This document shows positions 61,564 to 64,000 of a stretch of 64,000 nt of DNA, one piece after another. Source of the DNA: an uncultured bacterium. GTDB taxonomy: Bacteria > Patescibacteriota > Minisyncoccia > Phycocordibacterales > CAIRYW01. The translations under genes and the position numbers were made by a program. Each line of letters opens with the position of its first letter. Position 1 is the stretch's first letter. The stretch covers positions 365,521-429,520 of the forward strand of contig CAVYBO010000002.1 in NCBI GenBank assembly GCA_963766885.1, given 5' to 3'. The notes under the pieces were generated by a model, which saw nothing but the letters and a program-made list of their open reading frames with translations, had not been told where the DNA came from and did not search any database.

Positions 61564-62031
61564 TTACGCTATCTTTTTCAAATATTTTGGAAACACTTTA
61601 TAAAAATTCTCTGTTTCTGGGAGCATCCATTTAAAACAGTCTTGCCATTGTTCTTCATTATTTTGGAGAGGTTTCTTTTGAATAGTTAGAGTGGCTCTGC
61701 TTACCCACATACTTGGGATGTTTCTCCACTTTAATTTCTTTCCCAAATCTTTTTCAATATCTGCTCTGTGTTTTTTTAGTTTAAAGTAAAACTTTGGGTT
61801 CTCTGGAATAGACAGTTCTATTTCGCATATTCCTTTTCGCAGAAAGACTTTAGAAGCTATATGTGCTTCTTTTTTATTAAGCTTGATATTCATGAAGTGA
61901 TAGGGTTGGCTTTTTGGCAGTTTTAGCTTTGTTTTGTTTAACTTTGCGTATTTCTTGAAATCAGTCCAAAACTTAAGTTGTTTCTTTTTGTGTATTTCTC
62001 TTTCTTCTTTTGTGAATATCCTCCTTGCCAT
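61564..62031 (-). CDS. DUF4268-like protein
   Basis: QLKFWTDF, IEKDLGKKLKW, W..CFKWM. Confidence 0.7.
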   Translation of the reverse strand: MARRIFTKEEREIHKKKQLKFWTDFKKYAKLNKTKLKLPKSQPYHFMNIKLNKKEAHIASKVFLRKGICEIELSIPENPKFYFKLKKHRADIEKDLGKKLKWRNIPSMWVSRATLTIQKKPLQNNEEQWQDCFKWMLPETENFYKVFPKYLKKIA

Positions 62032-62125
62032 ATATGGAGATATCTTAACATAGCGGTTTTGTGGAGTTATAAACATCTATTCTAACCAGAGATGCTAAAA
62101 GATTAATGATATAATTTAGACATCA

Positions 62126-63394
62126 ATGGTTGTTCAAATAAAGAAAAAAAGAGATAAATATCTAAGAAAAGATGACTTCTCTTGGGATTATCGTGGTGAG
62201 AAAACAAAATCATATACTCACGGAATTCATACCTACCCAGCTATGTTTATCCCTCAAGTTGCTAGGAGACTTTTAGAAAAATATAGTAAAGAAGGTGATA
62301 CTATCTGTGATATTTTTTGTGGTTCTGGAACTGCATTAGTTGAAAGTAAACTCTTAGGAAGAAATGCTTATGGCATTGATCTTAATCCTCTAGCAATTTT
62401 TTTAGCAAAAGCAAAAACAACACCAATCAATCCAATTGTCCTGAATCACACATATGCAAAATTATTAAAAAATATTTCAGAAATTGAGGAAAGTAATTTG
62501 ATAAAGCCAGATTTTAAAAACATAGATTTTTGGTTTAAAGAAAAAGTCATTACTCAATTATCAAAAATCAATAAAGCGATAGGACAGATTCACGATGAAA
62601 GTGTTCGTAACTTTATTACAGTTGGGTTTAGTGAAACTGTCAGACACTCATCAAACACTAAAACTCATGAGTTCAAGTTAGTAAGAAACAAAGGAGAGAA
62701 GTTAGAAAATCATGATCCTGATGTTCTGGGTATTTTCAAAAAGTTTACAGAAAGAAATATTGCGGGCATGACAGAATTTTATAGGGACACTAGCTCTAGT
62801 TGGATAAAAGCAATTTATGGGGACTCTTCTAAAGATAATGATATAAAATCTTCTTCTATTGATCTGATCATAACTTCTCCACCATATGGTGATAGCAGAA
62901 CAACTGTGGCATATGGACAATTCTCGAGACTATCATCACAATGGATTAACATATTTGAAAATCCAAATGACGCTTCTGGTGTAGATAACAAGTTACTTGG
63001 TGGTAAAGCGACAAAAACATTAATTCATTCTCTAGCCTCTAAGAAGTTAGCTGAGTCACTTGAAAAAATTGCGTCTCAAGATGAGACTCGGGCAAGAGAT
63101 GTTTTAAGTTTTAATATCGGCTTAAATGATTGCTTAAAACAAGCCCACAGAATTCTAAAACCAAAAAAGTATTTCTGTCTTGTTATAGGTAATAGACAAG
63201 TAAAACAAGTAAGAATCCCGACAGATTTCATTATTGTAGAATTAGCTCAAGCTATCGGCTTCTCGTGTGAAGAAATAATCGTGAGAAATATCCCCGGAAA
63301 AAGAATGCCTATGAAGAATTCTCCAACAAATAAGATTGGTGCACTTGAAGAGACAATGAACAAAGAAAGTATAGTGGTGCTGAAGAAAATCTAA
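62126..63394 (+). CDS. N4-cytosine DNA methyltransferase (M.MvaI-like)
   Basis: HTYPAMFIP, DIFCGSGT, TSPPYGDSRTTVAYGQFSRL. Confidence 0.9.
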   Translation: MVVQIKKKRDKYLRKDDFSWDYRGEKTKSYTHGIHTYPAMFIPQVARRLLEKYSKEGDTICDIFCGSGTALVESKLLGRNAYGIDLNPLAIFLAKAKTTPINPIVLNHTYAKLLKNISEIEESNLIKPDFKNIDFWFKEKVITQLSKINKAIGQIHDESVRNFITVGFSETVRHSSNTKTHEFKLVRNKGEKLENHDPDVLGIFKKFTERNIAGMTEFYRDTSSSWIKAIYGDSSKDNDIKSSSIDLIITSPPYGDSRTTVAYGQFSRLSSQWINIFENPNDASGVDNKLLGGKATKTLIHSLASKKLAESLEKIASQDETRARDVLSFNIGLNDCLKQAHRILKPKKYFCLVIGNRQVKQVRIPTDFIIVELAQAIGFSCEEIIVRNIPGKRMPMKNSPTNKIGALEETMNKESIVVLKKI

Positions 63395-64000
63395 ATAATT
63401 TGACTATATTCATCAAATATATGAAGAAAGTCTCTTTTGCTAATTCTAAAACCCGTACCATGATCATGGTATTTTCCTTTATTCTTCCCGCTTCTGTATA
63501 CTCCAATTCTAATATCAATTTTTAGTTTATCTTCTTCAATAGCTTTCTTAAACTTTTTTATATTCAAACCTGACAGAAGAAATGCTTCGGTATAATGGAA
63601 TTCTTCATTCACCGATTTTTTCTCTCCCCTAGTTTCAGCAAAGACAAGTAGTATTTTATCCGATTTAGTTTTTAGAATGTCATTAAAAATACTTACTGGC
63701 CAACATGCTTCGATTTTATGATTATTTTCTAATATTAATTTATCATCAGTAAATTTAATTCTAAGGCCTTGATTATTCGTACGAGAACCGTACATAGTAG
63801 AGTGTAAATTATATTCACCATGAATATCTAAATATTTGTTTTTCTCAAAAAGTACCTTATTCACACCACGGGGCACAGGAGATTTTGTTGCTATGGTAAG
63901 CATACTATCGGATCCGATTCTTTTTGATTTTAACTCAATTTCACCAACATCAGGTACTTGAAGATTATTTTCCGGTATACCTAAGAGATCTTCGAGTGTT
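63391..64000 (-). CDS. MvaI/BcnI-family type II restriction endonuclease (5' end off window)
   Basis: TLEDLLGIPENNLQVPDVGEIELKSKR, HDHGTGFRI; convergent with the MTase. Confidence 0.88.
   Translation of the reverse strand, partial: TLEDLLGIPENNLQVPDVGEIELKSKRIGSDSMLTIATKSPVPRGVNKVLFEKNKYLDIHGEYNLHSTMYGSRTNNQGLRIKFTDDKLILENNHKIEACWPVSIFNDILKTKSDKILLVFAETRGEKKSVNEEFHYTEAFLLSGLNIKKFKKAIEEDKLKIDIRIGVYRSGKNKGKYHDHGTGFRISKRDFLHIFDEYSQII

Overview
AT-rich bacterial chromosome segment whose gene content points to Patescibacteria/CPR (Parcubacteria-like); this is inferred from gene families, not from a marker gene. Core blocks: aroB-like/NUDIX/homoserine dehydrogenase, a class Ic-type ribonucleotide reductase, a two-component pair, gatCA-ligA, a ~17 kb type IV pilus/competence locus with pilins interleaved with GT-C glycosyltransferases, recG, ftsH, smpB-tmRNA and six tRNAs (including rare Ser-ACT and Ile-TAT). 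Two accessory regions stand out. (1) 7.6-15.2 kb: a tandem cassette array built at the 3' end of tRNA-Asp. It is punctuated by five homologous repeats that each encode a ~31-36 aa peptide, and it carries three copies of a promoter-bearing ~45 nt RNA, a TA pair, an NYN nuclease, paralogous surface proteins and a DGR-type RT remnant. (2) A defence island after tmRNA. Its first unit is the best candidate for an undescribed system: an operator-bearing promoter, a ~550 nt structured leader that hides a 25-aa hydrophobic peptide with a sequestered Shine-Dalgarno, an XRE-HTH gene, a retron-like reverse transcriptase and an IS3-truncated membrane ORF. Further along are a five-hairpin RNA in front of a PD-(D/E)XK nuclease and an MvaI/BcnI-type R-M pair. 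A tRNA-linked palindromic element family occurs at three tRNAs and in-frame in a pilin leader. All calls were made by eye; no database searches or folding programs were run.
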